Positions 47,356 through 58,699 of a DNA stretch of 64,000 bases are shown here, piece after piece (position 1 is the first letter of the stretch; the number at the start of each line of letters is the position of its first letter). Under the pieces are notes generated by a model that saw only the letters and a list, made by a program, of their open reading frames with translations, made no database searches and was not told where the DNA came from. The translations under genes and the position numbers were made by a program. Location of the stretch: positions 1,595,014 to 1,659,013 of the forward strand of contig NW_003314300.1 in NCBI RefSeq assembly GCF_000143415.4, read 5' to 3'. Origin of the DNA: Selaginella moellendorffii (lineage: Eukaryota > Plantae > Lycopodiophyta).

Positions 47356-49626
47356 ATGACTGCTGCGATCGCAGGGCTAGAGGAGCGGCATTTCCTGGCG
47401 GATCTCGTGAGGGGTGCTGGCCGTGGCAAGGATCTCCTCCAGGCCCGGCGATTGCACGCCAGATTCTTCCCCGACACGAGTGCCGCCAAGGATATTTTCT
47501 TCGCGAATCTCCTCATCCAGATGTATGGGCGCTGCGGCAGCGCTGCGGACGCGCGATCACTCTTCGACGCCATGGATCGCCGAAATTTCTACTCCTGGAA
47601 CATGATGATCCAGGCCAGCCGCGCCGCCGGGCACACCTCCAGCGCCGCCGAGCTCTTCGATCGCATCCCCCAGCGCGACGCCGCGACCTGGAACGTGATG
47701 ATCCACGCATACGCGGCACAGGGGTCGATCGACGCCGCGGCTCGGCTCTTCGATCGAATGCCCCATCGCGACGTGTGTTCTTGCAACGCACTGGTGATCG
47801 CATTTGCCAGGGAGGGGAATATCGGGCGATCCAAGAGCCTCTTCGATCGAATGCCGCAGTGGAATCTCGTGTCCTGCAACGCGGTCGTGCAATCCTACAT
47901 CCGGAGCTCCAATCTCGGCCAGGCGAAGAAGATCTTCGATTCCATGCCGGATCACGACGTGGTCTCTTGGAACTCTCTCATCACACTCTATGCCCAGTCC
48001 GGGCATCTTGAGCTTGCCAAGAACACGTTTGATGGGATGGAGTTCCGCGATCTTGTCTCGTGGAACGCGATGATCGCCGCGTATGTGGCGGCATCCCGGA
48101 TTCGCGACTGCCAGGCTATGTTCGATCGCGTCCCAGAGCGCCAGGCCGTGACGTGGAACTCGATGATCACAGCGCTCGCGCACCAGGGCCAAATCGAGGC
48201 AGCAAAATGGATCTTTGATCGAATGCCGGCCAAGGATCTCGTGTCGTGGACGAATCTACTGCTGTGCTACGCGCAGAATGGATTCCTGGAGGAATCGGAC
48301 AGGGCGTTCCATCGTCTCCCCTTCACCAACGCAGTGGCACGAACGACGATGATCTTGGTGAATGCTCAAAGAGGGGATTTGGCCACCGCGAGAGAGATCT
48401 TTGATACCATGCCGGATCAGGACGTGGTGGCGTGGACGGCGATGGTGCAAGCTTACGGTCACCAAGGCTTCGTCGCCCTCGCGAAGAACATCTTCGATCG
48501 AATCCCGGAGAAGAATCCAGTCTCGTGGAGCGTGATGCTCCTCGCGTATGCCGAGAATGGGCACTTCGACGAGGCCGTGAGGTTCTTCCACGAGATCCCG
48601 CGCAAGACCATCGTCTGCTGGACAGCTCTCACGCAAGTTTACGTCAACTTGGGTGATCTCGGCGCCGCCAGGAGCGTGTTTGAGAGCATGAAGATGCGCA
48701 GCTTGGTTTCCTGGACGACCATGGTGTGGGCTTACGCTCAAAACGGGCACTACGATCAAGCAGTGGAGGTCTTCCAGCTTATGAATCTCGAGGGCGTCAA
48801 GCCGGACGAGGTGACGTTCCGGAGCGTTCTAACTTCGTGCAGCCATGTCGGTCTCGTGGCCGAGGGCTGGGAACACTTCGTCTCGATCAGCCAAGACTTT
48901 GGGATGGTCCCGAGGAGAGAGCACTACTGCTGCATGATCGACATCCTGGGTCGATCCGGAAGAACTCTAAGCGCCGAGGAGCTCGTCAACTGGATGCCAT
49001 TTCTTCCGGACGTGGTGATATGGATGTCGCTGCTGGGAGCTTGTCGCCTCCACCGCCATGCCGACTGTGCTGAGAGAGTCGCAGCGAAGATCTTCGAGCT
49101 GGAGCCCGGCTACACGACTGCCTACGTCGTTCTCTCGAACATGTACTCTTCGATCGGGAGGAGGGACAAGGTATCGATGATCCGGAACCTGATGAAGTCG
49201 AGGCGAGTGAGAAAAGTTCCGGGGATCAGCAACATCGAAGTTGGCAATGAAGTTCACAGTTTCGTGGTGGGGGATCTTTCGCATCCTCGCAGTGAAGACA
49301 TCGTCGCGGAGCTCCAGAGACTGGCGAGAGAAATGCGAGACGCTGGCTACGTTCCCGACACGAAGGAGATCTTGCACGACGTTGGCGAGGAGCAAAAGGA
49401 GGAGCTGCTGCACTACCACAGCGAGAAAATGGCTGTGGCTTTTGGATTGATTAGCACGGAGCAAGGGTCGCCGCTGAGGATCCTCAAGAACCTGCGGGTG
49501 TGCGGGGATTGCCACTCGGCTATCAAGTTTGTGTCCAAGATGGTGGGACGATCTATAACCGTGAGAGACGCTAGCCGGTTCCATCACTTTAGCAACGGGA
49601 CGTGCTCTTGCGGAGATTACTGGTGA
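47356..49626 (+). CDS. PLS-E-DYW pentatricopeptide repeat protein (organellar C-to-U editing factor)
   Basis: Intronless 756 aa; PPR repeats, PG box (KVPGISNIEV), HSEK, CGDCH, C-terminal CSCGDYW. Confidence 0.96.
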   Translation: MTAAIAGLEERHFLADLVRGAGRGKDLLQARRLHARFFPDTSAAKDIFFANLLIQMYGRCGSAADARSLFDAMDRRNFYSWNMMIQASRAAGHTSSAAELFDRIPQRDAATWNVMIHAYAAQGSIDAAARLFDRMPHRDVCSCNALVIAFAREGNIGRSKSLFDRMPQWNLVSCNAVVQSYIRSSNLGQAKKIFDSMPDHDVVSWNSLITLYAQSGHLELAKNTFDGMEFRDLVSWNAMIAAYVAASRIRDCQAMFDRVPERQAVTWNSMITALAHQGQIEAAKWIFDRMPAKDLVSWTNLLLCYAQNGFLEESDRAFHRLPFTNAVARTTMILVNAQRGDLATAREIFDTMPDQDVVAWTAMVQAYGHQGFVALAKNIFDRIPEKNPVSWSVMLLAYAENGHFDEAVRFFHEIPRKTIVCWTALTQVYVNLGDLGAARSVFESMKMRSLVSWTTMVWAYAQNGHYDQAVEVFQLMNLEGVKPDEVTFRSVLTSCSHVGLVAEGWEHFVSISQDFGMVPRREHYCCMIDILGRSGRTLSAEELVNWMPFLPDVVIWMSLLGACRLHRHADCAERVAAKIFELEPGYTTAYVVLSNMYSSIGRRDKVSMIRNLMKSRRVRKVPGISNIEVGNEVHSFVVGDLSHPRSEDIVAELQRLAREMRDAGYVPDTKEILHDVGEEQKEELLHYHSEKMAVAFGLISTEQGSPLRILKNLRVCGDCHSAIKFVSKMVGRSITVRDASRFHHFSNGTCSCGDYW

Positions 49627-49814
49627 CTAAATTTTGCTCGGCCTGTTTCGAGAGATCGATGTGGAGCGGAGGAGCTTTTCCAGCGACGAGGTAGAGTTTC
49701 ATCTTTGCTTTTCTGGTTGCTTCATCGCGGCTACTTTCTTGCAGTGGAATGCAATCAACAAACTTGCATAGACTCCAAAGACAAGGAGAAAAGAATCTTA
49801 TACACGGGACAATC

Positions 49815-50468
49815 TTATACAAAGTTGGATCGGACTTGGTTGATGCTACGCTCGTCCAAGAAGAAAGTCTTCTCGAGCACCTCGTCCGGCACCTCTGGTC
49901 GGGATCCAAACATGGATCTCGCAATGAACTGGATTCCGGGGAGCTGGGAGTTGAGAGTGGCGATGATCTTCGCGTTGGTCCTTCCTACGTTCATCTGCCA
50001 GTGGATTAATCCGCGAGGAATCACCATGACTTCTCCCCTGTTCATCACTCGGGCAAACAGGCGATTGTCCGCTGTGACGATGGCGGCGTACACGGTCCCT
50101 TCTTCTACGTAGACCATCTCCGAGGCTCTGGGATGGGTGTGAGGAGGGATGATCCCTTCCGGGAGAAAGTCGAGCCTAGCGATGGAGAGACCCAAAGTGT
50201 TGAGGCCTGGAAATCTCAGCACGGTTCCAAAGATCGCACCGGAGCGATTGATGTTTGTGGTGTTGGAGGAGTTGACGATTCCGCTGTAGATGAAATCGTC
50301 CACCGTGACTGTGGACGAGTTCCTGCATGGGAATCCATTGATCCCAGGGACGACGTTGAGATCTCCGATGCAAAAGTCCTGGAGTGGATCTGGATCGGAT
50401 GAAACTACTGCGCACACGAAGAATGCGAGCAAAGCAATCCAGACAGCGTGAGATTTGGAGAGAGCCAT
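49815..50468 (-). CDS. Germin-like protein type B (copy 1)
   Basis: 217 aa from MALSKSH; DPDPLQDFC, PPHTHPRASE, IHWQ. Confidence 0.95.
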   Translation of the reverse strand: MALSKSHAVWIALLAFFVCAVVSSDPDPLQDFCIGDLNVVPGINGFPCRNSSTVTVDDFIYSGIVNSSNTTNINRSGAIFGTVLRFPGLNTLGLSIARLDFLPEGIIPPHTHPRASEMVYVEEGTVYAAIVTADNRLFARVMNRGEVMVIPRGLIHWQMNVGRTNAKIIATLNSQLPGIQFIARSMFGSRPEVPDEVLEKTFFLDERSINQVRSNFV

Positions 50469-50899
50469 AGTCGAAGAACTGGATGAATCTTTGATCGGAG
50501 ACGAGTGGATCGCTGGATTTGTGATGAAGAACCATTGCCTTGAATGATATATATACCTGGAAAACGTGATAGTACTTGGATGCTGCGCGTACACACTAAT
50601 TTGGAAAGCCGAGTGAGCCACCATGTTGGAACACGAAGTTTCAATCACGTTTTTGGTCAAGGTCAGCGGGAAAAGTAAGTACAAGTCGCATTTTGAATAA
50701 CTGGAATATATATTTTACTTTGCTTTTAAAACCATATTTCTTACCGGCTTCGAAGTTCAATGATCGATGACCAAGGTAACGTTCAATGATCGATGACGAT
50801 CAATGACCAAGGTAAAGTATGCATACATTAAGCTTCGTGACCCATTGACACCCAATTGACAATGAGATTCAAACAAGCGTCTAACGAAGTATCTTTTGA

Positions 50900-51760
50900 A
50901 ATCATCAATGACTAATTTTTATCCAGTGGAAGTTGTTACGTATCCAATATGTTGCTCCGAACCTCCAATGTTCATACGTGCGGATAATACCAGCGACACC
51001 ACAAGCAAGCAGGTGACCCGACCACAGCGAGCTTTTCCCAACGGACGAGTCCCGGGAGGTACTGGGGATCCACCTGTACAGGGGGACTGTATACGTAATG
51101 TGCTTGTACAATACGACCACGACGTTCGAGCTCATGCAGTTGAGCTCTGGAAGGACAGTTTGGGAGATGGTGGACTCACATCTTTTGTGTTACAAGGGGT
51201 TTGAGACATGGATGGCGAGATGTACTACACGGAGTCGGGAGATCGCCGGGATAGTTGAACGAGTACAAAAGTTCAAGGCAGTGAGCCGCTGTTTCTCCTA
51301 TGACATCAGGAAGACACTCGGTGGCGCTGGAGAAGATCCAATCCTTGCAATGAAATTCTTCTTTTCCTTGGCTGTCTACCACCAACCTCTAGGACTCATT
51401 CTCACTCAAGCTGATGGTAAGGCAGTCCGTGACGGTATCTGGTGTGAGATCGAGGCTGCCGCCAAGACTCGGATCAGCCACCAGCTCCCATGGTATCCTC
51501 CACTTTTGGCCGTCATGCCAGAGCATGAACACTTCTTACACTTTCCTCATGCTTGTGCTGACTCGCCAATTGCATCGATATCTTGCAACAACAACACATA
51601 AGCTGAAGAGAGCGTGACGGAGTCGTACCTGGATAATCTCTAATTAGGATTTCTGAGCCGAAGCAGCAAGGAATGGATGGTATTACTTACTGCCTGAAGG
51701 GTCGAATGCCTCGTTGGCAGAAGTTTTGCAAGGCATTGATGCTGCTCCAAAAGAAGAAGA
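50900..51760 (+). pseudogene. Interrupted ORF remnant of unknown, possibly F-box-associated, family
   Basis: Adjacent coding-like frames (102 and 167 aa) broken by a frameshift and stops; no recognisable motif. Confidence 0.3.
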
Positions 51761-52054
51761 GTAAGCGATCAAAAGTGAAGAGTTTCATGGGACTGGACCC
51801 GCGAAATGTTGATATTTCCAGGAAACTCGTGTTTATGTTTTAACACTGGAAAGTCCTCCAATGAAGTCTAAAATTAAAACATCTGAAGGATGCCTCTTTT
51901 GATTCGATCTATATGGGACCTTTACTGGATCTGAAGCTTTTTTCTTTATTTATGCTTGTAAATGTACCTGAGAAAGAGCCCATGTGCAATTTTCTAGCGA
52001 AGAGGTTATAGCTGATAGAATCCAGAAAAAGAATTTTATAAACGGGGCAAAGTC

Positions 52055-52708
52055 TCATACGAAGTTGGATCTGACTTGGTTGATGCTACGCTCATCCAAG
52101 AAGAAAGTCTTCTCGAGCACCTCATCCGGCACCTCTGGTCGGGATCCAAACATGGATCTCGCAATGAACTGGATTCCGGGAAGCTGGGAGTTGAGAGTGG
52201 CGATGATCTTCGCGTTGGTCCTTCCTACGTTCATCTGCCAGTGGATTAATCCACGAGGAATCACCATGACTTCTCCCCTGTTCATCACTCGGGCAAACAG
52301 GCGATTGTCCGCTGTGACGATGGCGGCGTAGACTGTCCCTTCTTCTACATAGACCATCTCCGAGGCTCTGGGATGGGTGTGTGGAGGGATGATCCCTTCC
52401 GGGAGAAAGTCGAGCCTAGCGATGGAGAGACCCAAAGTGTTGAGGCCTGGGAATCTCAGCACGGTTCCAAAGATTGCGCCGGAGCGATTGATGTTTGTGG
52501 TGTTGGAGGAGTTGACGATTCCATTGTAGATGAAATCGTCCACCGTGACTGTGGACGTGTTCCTGCACGGGAATCCATTGATCCCGGGGACGACGTTGAG
52601 ATCTCCGATGCAAAAGTCCTGGAGTGGATCTGGATCGGATGAAACTACTGCGCACACGAAGAATGCGAGCAAAGCAATTGAGACAGCATGAGATTTGGAG
52701 AGAGCCAT
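52055..52708 (-). CDS. Germin-like protein type B (copy 2)
   Basis: 217 aa, germin boxes intact. Confidence 0.95.
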   Translation of the reverse strand: MALSKSHAVSIALLAFFVCAVVSSDPDPLQDFCIGDLNVVPGINGFPCRNTSTVTVDDFIYNGIVNSSNTTNINRSGAIFGTVLRFPGLNTLGLSIARLDFLPEGIIPPHTHPRASEMVYVEEGTVYAAIVTADNRLFARVMNRGEVMVIPRGLIHWQMNVGRTNAKIIATLNSQLPGIQFIARSMFGSRPEVPDEVLEKTFFLDERSINQVRSNFV

Positions 52709-53444
52709 AGTCGAAGAACTGGATGAAATCTTTGATTGGAGACGAGTGGATCGCTGGATTTGTGATGAAGAACCATTGCCTTGAATGATATATATACCTC
52801 GAAAATGTGATAGTACGTGGATGCTCCGCGTACACACTAATTTGGAACGACGAGTCAACGGCCGCCCCTGGAACGCGAAGTTTGAATCACATTTTAGGTC
52901 AAAGGTCAATATAAGTACACTCATTTTGAGTAACGGTATTTTACCAAAAATAAAAATAGAATTTTGGAAACCTCTGCCAAAAAATGGTAGCTTTTCAATC
53001 AAAAGAGAAAGGTTTAACGTGGTTACCTCCGCCAATCCTTACAATCGAAACCTTCTTTTTTTCATACTTTTCTGTTGCGCAGGGCTCTGTAAATTTAGGT
53101 GTTGTTGTTCATGCACCGGTTCTTCCTTCGTGGATCGCATTTTAACACTCTCGTGAGCTCCAACAGTCTGTATATTTTCTGTACTTCGATTCTTGTTGCT
53201 CACTGTTTTTTTTTTATCCCAAACTGCTCGACATTCGCTGGAAGGTACGAGCTGAAGGCATTGTGCACGTAAGATTCAGGTTTTCCTCATTCTGATTCTA
53301 CTCCTGACTTGTATGCATTTTAGAACATACAACTTGGAATGTAGACATAAACACAATCTCATCTTCTTTCGTTGGCATTGGTTCACTTGTAAGTCAGATG
53401 CACAGGTCTTCACTCTGTAGATAATTTTTTGGTCGTTTTCTCAG

Positions 53445-54695
53445 GGACGTCGTTAAAAGAGCACCCTAGATGAGTTCCCGAGAACAAGTCAGCTGTTGCA
53501 TTTGGTGATGTCTTGGGACTTACTTGGAAAGAATTTGGGAACACGAGGTAAGTGGATGCATGCTTTTAAAAGCGACTGAAACCAGCACAGTTGTTGTACA
53601 ACCAAACGAGCGGAATAGTTCTGGCTGGAGAAATATCTTCACGAGCGGAATAGTTCTGGCTGGAGAAATATCTTCACGAGCGAAATAGTTCTGGCTGGAG
53701 AAATATCTTCACGAGCTGTATCTTTTTTCTCTGTTCGTTGATGTTTTGTTCCTTGACTTTGCGTCAGTCACGGTGCCAGTATGATTCGTCGAACGCTAAC
53801 TGAACTTTATTCTGAAGCGCATCTCTCTTCCAATGGAACGTTCGGTGTGAGTGCAATCTTTGTTTGGATATATGCTTCGTCCACTTATAGTTATGTTTTT
53901 CTCTTTTCTTTGTTTCGCAGTGATGGGCATCTTGTCGCAGTTGCCTACTACAGATCAGGCTACGGATGATCCTTCCGAGCTGGTATATGTCAGTCATTCG
54001 TGGCTATTTCTTTATTTTCGTTTTGTTTCGCTACAAGGGATGGCACGCGAGATTGCTGCTCGAGCGTTATAAAATGTCCATGGATCTCATACCACTTAGC
54101 TGGAACCAAAAAAGTGCAACAAGAGCTTGCCAAGCCGAATGTATTAGAAAGGTACTGCCATCCTTTGTTTTCAGGTTTGTTCAAGACAAGAAAAACGCCG
54201 CGGAGATCATTCGTGAGTTCTTTGCGGGGCTGTGGGGCCTCAATGAAGAGAGTTACGAGATCATCAACAAACAGCCCGAGCTATGTGTTCTAAAACCTCA
54301 ATGCGAAGGTGGTGGTGAGTTTTGTCTTTCCAAGTTTCTCTCATCGTTTTCGCTTCTCACAGGAAACACCATCTATGGCAGCGCCGTGAAAGCGAAGCAG
54401 ACGGAGGAGCCGGGCTTTCGGCTTATATCCTCATGCAGCGCATCTTCCCATCGACGTACATGTCTTATCTCGTGCGAGGAGGAGCGGAGCGCCGAGAAAG
54501 CAGTCTCGGAGGGAGCTGGGAATCTTTAGCACATACCTGTTTCTTCTTTTTTCCTCTCTCAATTTTTTACAGATTCTTTGCAGGAATGGCGAAAGAGAAA
54601 TCACCAACAAGGATTGTGGTTACTTGCTGAGAACAAAAGCCTCGAAAGTAGATGAGTCGCCACTGGCTTCGCTGTTCTTGACAGCGTCTATCTCT
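53445..54695 (+). pseudogene. Glutathione synthetase (eukaryotic GSS/GSH2) pseudogene, C-terminal part with introns
   Basis: [98 protein letters not shown], with frameshifts. Confidence 0.85.
53606..53716 (+). repeat. 35-bp tandem triplication inside the GSS pseudogene
   Basis: ACGAGCGGAATAGTTCTGGCTGGAGAAATATCTTC x3 plus ACGAGC; single copy in the paralogous pseudogene. Confidence 0.9.
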
Positions 54696-54930
54696 TTCTG
54701 GAAATAAACAAGTGAAAAACTTAAGGGTAAATGATAATTCTAATGGATATGGGTCATTATCTATTTATATGAGGCACTTTGTTTATGCTTGTAAATGCAT
54801 CTTTTGCGCGCATTTATCAGCGAGGTGATAGCTCTTGGCCAAGAGCTATTTTCTAGCGATGGTCTTGGCTATTTTCTTGCAACGACAAACTTGGATAGAT
54901 TTCGAGAGAAGAATTTTTATAAACAAAATG

Positions 54931-55584
54931 TCATACGAAGTTGGATCGGACTTGGTCGATGCCACGCTCGTCCAAGAAGAAAGTCTTCTCGAGCACCTCG
55001 TTCGGGACCTCTGGCCGAGATCCAAACATGGATCTCGCAATGAACTGGATTCCGGGAAGCTGGGAGTTGAGAGTGGCGATGATCTTCGCGTTGGTCCTTC
55101 CTACGTTCATCTGCCAGTGGATTAATCCGCGAGGAATCACCATGACTTCTCCCCTGTTCATCACTCGGGCAAACAAGCGATTGTCCGCTGTGACGATGGC
55201 GGCGTAGACTGTCCCTTCTTCTACATAGACCATCTCCGAGGCTCTGGGATGGGTGTGTGGGGGGATGATCCCTTCCGGGAGAAAGTCGAGCCTAGCGATG
55301 GAGAGACCCAAAGTGTTGAGGCCTGGAAATCTCAGCACGGTTCCAAAGATTGCGCCGGAGCGATTGATGTTTGTGGTGTTGGAGGAATTGACAATTCCGC
55401 TGTAGATGAAATCGTCCACCGTGACTGCGGACGAGTTCCTGCATGGAAATCCATTGATCCCGGGGACGACGTTGAGATCTCCGATGCAAAAGTCCTGGAG
55501 TGGATCTGGATCGGATGAAACTACTGCGCACACGAAGAATGCAAGCAAAGCAATCGAGACAGCGTGAGATTTGGAGAGAGCCAT
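54931..55584 (-). CDS. Germin-like protein type B (copy 3)
   Basis: 217 aa, germin boxes intact. Confidence 0.95.
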   Translation of the reverse strand: MALSKSHAVSIALLAFFVCAVVSSDPDPLQDFCIGDLNVVPGINGFPCRNSSAVTVDDFIYSGIVNSSNTTNINRSGAIFGTVLRFPGLNTLGLSIARLDFLPEGIIPPHTHPRASEMVYVEEGTVYAAIVTADNRLFARVMNRGEVMVIPRGLIHWQMNVGRTNAKIIATLNSQLPGIQFIARSMFGSRPEVPNEVLEKTFFLDERGIDQVRSNFV

Positions 55585-55964
55585 AGTCGAAGAACTGGAT
55601 GAAATCTTTGATGATGAAGAGCCACTACCTTGAATAATTATATACCTCGAAAATGTGATAGTACTTAGATGCTTCGCGTACACACTAATTTGGAAAGCCG
55701 AGTGAGCCGGCCGCCCCCTTAGCCGCCATCTGGAACGCGAAGTTTGAAATACTTTTTTGGTCAAAGGTTACAAGTCTCCTAACTCTCTAAACATGTTTGG
55801 AATTTTGGAAATTAAGCAGCTTTTGTTCTACTCCTACTCCATTGAGAAGGAGTGTATATACATTGCAGATCAAATTCCTTCACCAAAAAATGGTGAGAAA
55901 GCGCAACTCTTCAAGAAGTGAAATTAGAAATTTATCATTTACCCTTAAGTTTTTCACTTGTTTA

Positions 55965-57105
55965 TTTAGAGATAGACGCTGCCAAGCGGTGTCGACGCTT
56001 CCCTCATCTACTTTCGAGGCTTTTGTTCTCAGCAAGTAGCCACAATCCTTGTTGGCGATTTGTCTTTCGTCATTCCTTGCAAGAAATTGAGAGAGGAGAA
56101 AAAAAGAGACAAGGTATGTGCTAAAGATTCCCAGCTCCAAGACTGCCGCTCGCCTCCTCGCACGAGATAAGACGTGTAGGTCGGTGGGAAGATGCGCTGC
56201 ATGACGATATAAACCGAAAGCCCGGCTCCTCCGTCTCCCAGTAGCTTCGCTTTCACGGCGCTGCCATATTTGTTGTTCCTGTGAGACGCGAAAACGATGA
56301 GAGAAACTTGGAAAGGCAAACCTCACCACCGCCCTTCGCATTGAGGGTTTAGAACAAATAGCTCTAGCTGTTTGTTGCTGATCTCGTAACTCTCTTCGTT
56401 GAGACCCCACAGCCCCGCAAAGAACTCACGAATGATCTCCGCGGCGTTTTTCTTGTCTTGAACAAACCTTGGAGTGCTGAAAACAAAGGATGGCAGTACC
56501 TTTCTAATACATTTGGCTTGCCAAGCTCTTGTTGCACTTTTTTGGTTCCAGCCAAGTGGTATGAGATCCATGGACATTTTATAACGCTCCAGCAGCAATC
56601 TCGCGTGCCATTCCTTGTAGCGAAACAAAACGAAAAAAAAAAAAAAAGCCACGAATGACTGACATATACCAGCTCGGAAGGATCATCCGTGGGTTCGTAG
56701 CCTGATCTGTAGTAGGCAACTGCGACAAGATGCCCATCACTGCGAAACAAAAGAAAAGGATCCAAACAACGATTGCACTCACACAGAAAGCGTTCCATTG
56801 GAAGAGAGATACGCTTCAGATTAAAGTTCAGTTAGCGTTCGACGAATCATGCTGGCACCGTGAGTGACGCAAAGTCAAGGAACAAAACATCACCGAACAG
56901 AGAAAATAGATACAGCTCGTGAAGATATTTCTCCAGCCAGAACTGATCATACATATTTGGTTGTACAACAAAGAGCACAGCTGTGCTGGATTCAGTAGCT
57001 TTTAAAAGACCTCGTGTTCCCAAATTCTTTCCAAGCAAGTCCCAAGACATCACCAAATGCAACAGGGACGTCGTTAAAAGAGTTGAGCATTTCCCGAGAA
57101 CATGA
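55965..57105 (-). pseudogene. Second glutathione synthetase pseudogene, inverted
   Basis: Same motifs as 53445-54695 on the minus strand (YYRSGYEPTDDPSE, KVQQELGKP, GYLLRTKASKVDEG), with different lesions. Confidence 0.85.
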
Positions 57106-57360
57106 GAAAAATTATCTACAACTATGAAACACGCAACAGAAAAGTATGAAAAAAAGAGAGGTTTTGATGAAAGGATTTGCGGAGGTAACCACGCCCAGCA
57201 TGAGTTTGAACCCTCTTAGTGGTATCCATTCAACGCAGACTTTTTCTGTGAGATCTGTGAAGTTAGCGAAGGAACCTTTCTCTCTGTTGATTGGTCACTA
57301 TCTATGTGTGCGATGATCTTGGCTATTTTCAGAAAAGAATTTTATAAACGGGGCAAAATC

Positions 57361-58014
57361 TCATACGAAGTTGGATCGGACTTGGTTGATGCCACGCTCA
57401 TCCAAGAAAAAAGTCTTCTCGAGCACCTCGTCGGGAACCTCTGGCCGAGATCCAAACATGGATCTTGCAATGAACTGGATTCCGGGAAGCTGGGAGTTGA
57501 GAGTGGCGATGATCTTCGCGTTGGTCCTTCCTACGTTCATCTGCCAGTGGATTAATCCGCGAGGAATCACCATGACTTCTCCCCTGTTCATCACTCGGGC
57601 AAACAGGCGATTGTCCGCGGTGACGATGGCGGCGTAGACGGTCCCTTCTTCTACGTAGACCATCTCCGATGCTCTGGGATGGGTGTGTGGGGGGATGATT
57701 CCTTCCGGGAGAAAGTCGAGCCTAGCGATGGAGAGACCCAAAGTGTTGAGGCCTGGAAATCTCAGCACGGTTCCGAAGATGGCGCCAGAGCGATTGATGT
57801 TTGTGGTGTTGGAGGAGTTGACGATCCCGCTGTAGATGAAATCGTCCACAGTAACTGTGGAGGAGTTCGTGCACGGGAATCCATTGATCCCGGGGACAAT
57901 GTTGAGATCTCCGATGCAAAAGTCCTGGAGTGGATCTGGATCGGATGAAACGACTGCGCACACGAAGAATGCGAGCAAAGAAATCGAGAGGGCGTGAGAA
58001 GTGGAGAAAGCCAT
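57361..58014 (-). CDS. Germin-like protein type B (copy 4)
   Basis: 217 aa from MAFSTSH; germin boxes intact. Confidence 0.95.
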   Translation of the reverse strand: MAFSTSHALSISLLAFFVCAVVSSDPDPLQDFCIGDLNIVPGINGFPCTNSSTVTVDDFIYSGIVNSSNTTNINRSGAIFGTVLRFPGLNTLGLSIARLDFLPEGIIPPHTHPRASEMVYVEEGTVYAAIVTADNRLFARVMNRGEVMVIPRGLIHWQMNVGRTNAKIIATLNSQLPGIQFIARSMFGSRPEVPDEVLEKTFFLDERGINQVRSNFV

Positions 58015-58279
58015 ATCCAATCCCAGATCGAGGAAAGAGGAAAAACTCGATATTAAGCTCTCGGAGATGAATGTACTACTGGATTTGTGACGAGAAATCA
58101 TTCCCTTGAATGATATATATATACTAGGAATTGCGACGCTACATGCATACACACGGAAGAATTTGAAAGCGAGTGAGCCACCATAATGGAACACCATCAG
58201 ATTTAAGGTCAACGAGAAAAGTCAAAGCTGTCGATCTCATTGCAAGGAAAGGGCCACGGGTTTTCGCTGGAAATTTTGG

Positions 58280-58650
58280 GCTCCAGTAATCTCCACTCCC
58301 ATTGCTAAAGTGATGGACTTCCCTCCCACCATCTTGGACGTTCTTGAGGAACCTCAGCTGCGGTCCTTGTTCCACCGCCATGGTATCTATCGCCTCTGTC
58401 ACCAAGCCATGCCCCCAAATCATGCTCCTGGGGCAGCCAAGATCATCCAAGTGGACATAAACATAAACTTTCGTCCAGTAGAAGAACCTCACTGCCTCGT
58501 CGAAATGCTCCCGGCAATGCAAAAAGCATGCACCACGAGACTCGATTTCTGTCCGGTGTTACAGGCAAGGGCAACAAGAATGGTCACCACAACGTCTTGG
58601 TCATGCCTTGGCCCGAATGTCGATTTTGCTGCCTTTTTTGTTTTGGCAGA
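58280..58650 (-). pseudogene. Collapsed PPR-DYW remnant upstream of GLP copy 4
   Basis: HFDEAVRFF...EQGPQLRFLKN...HHFSNGSGDYW; duplicated at ~61745-62115 (+). Confidence 0.65.
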
Positions 58651-58699
58651 AGGAAAAAAACTCGTCTCATTTTTCCGATGATTTTCAATTTTCAATCTT

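Larger units (their letters stand above)
39934..48868. repeat. Large inverted segmental duplication (arms ~39934-43658 and ~44872-48868, ~1.2-kb spacer)
   Basis: Mirror-image ORFs for PPR, XS-RING and GLP genes; sequences match as reverse complements. Confidence 0.92.

Noticed and set aside
53606-53716. 35-bp direct repeats of CRISPR-like length
   Set aside because: Head-to-tail with no spacers; a local slippage duplication of GSS exon sequence.
50469-58212. N-terminal extensions on GLP ORFs (277-326 aa)
   Set aside because: They start at non-ATG codons upstream of the TATA box and are not conserved; the true ORFs are 217 aa.
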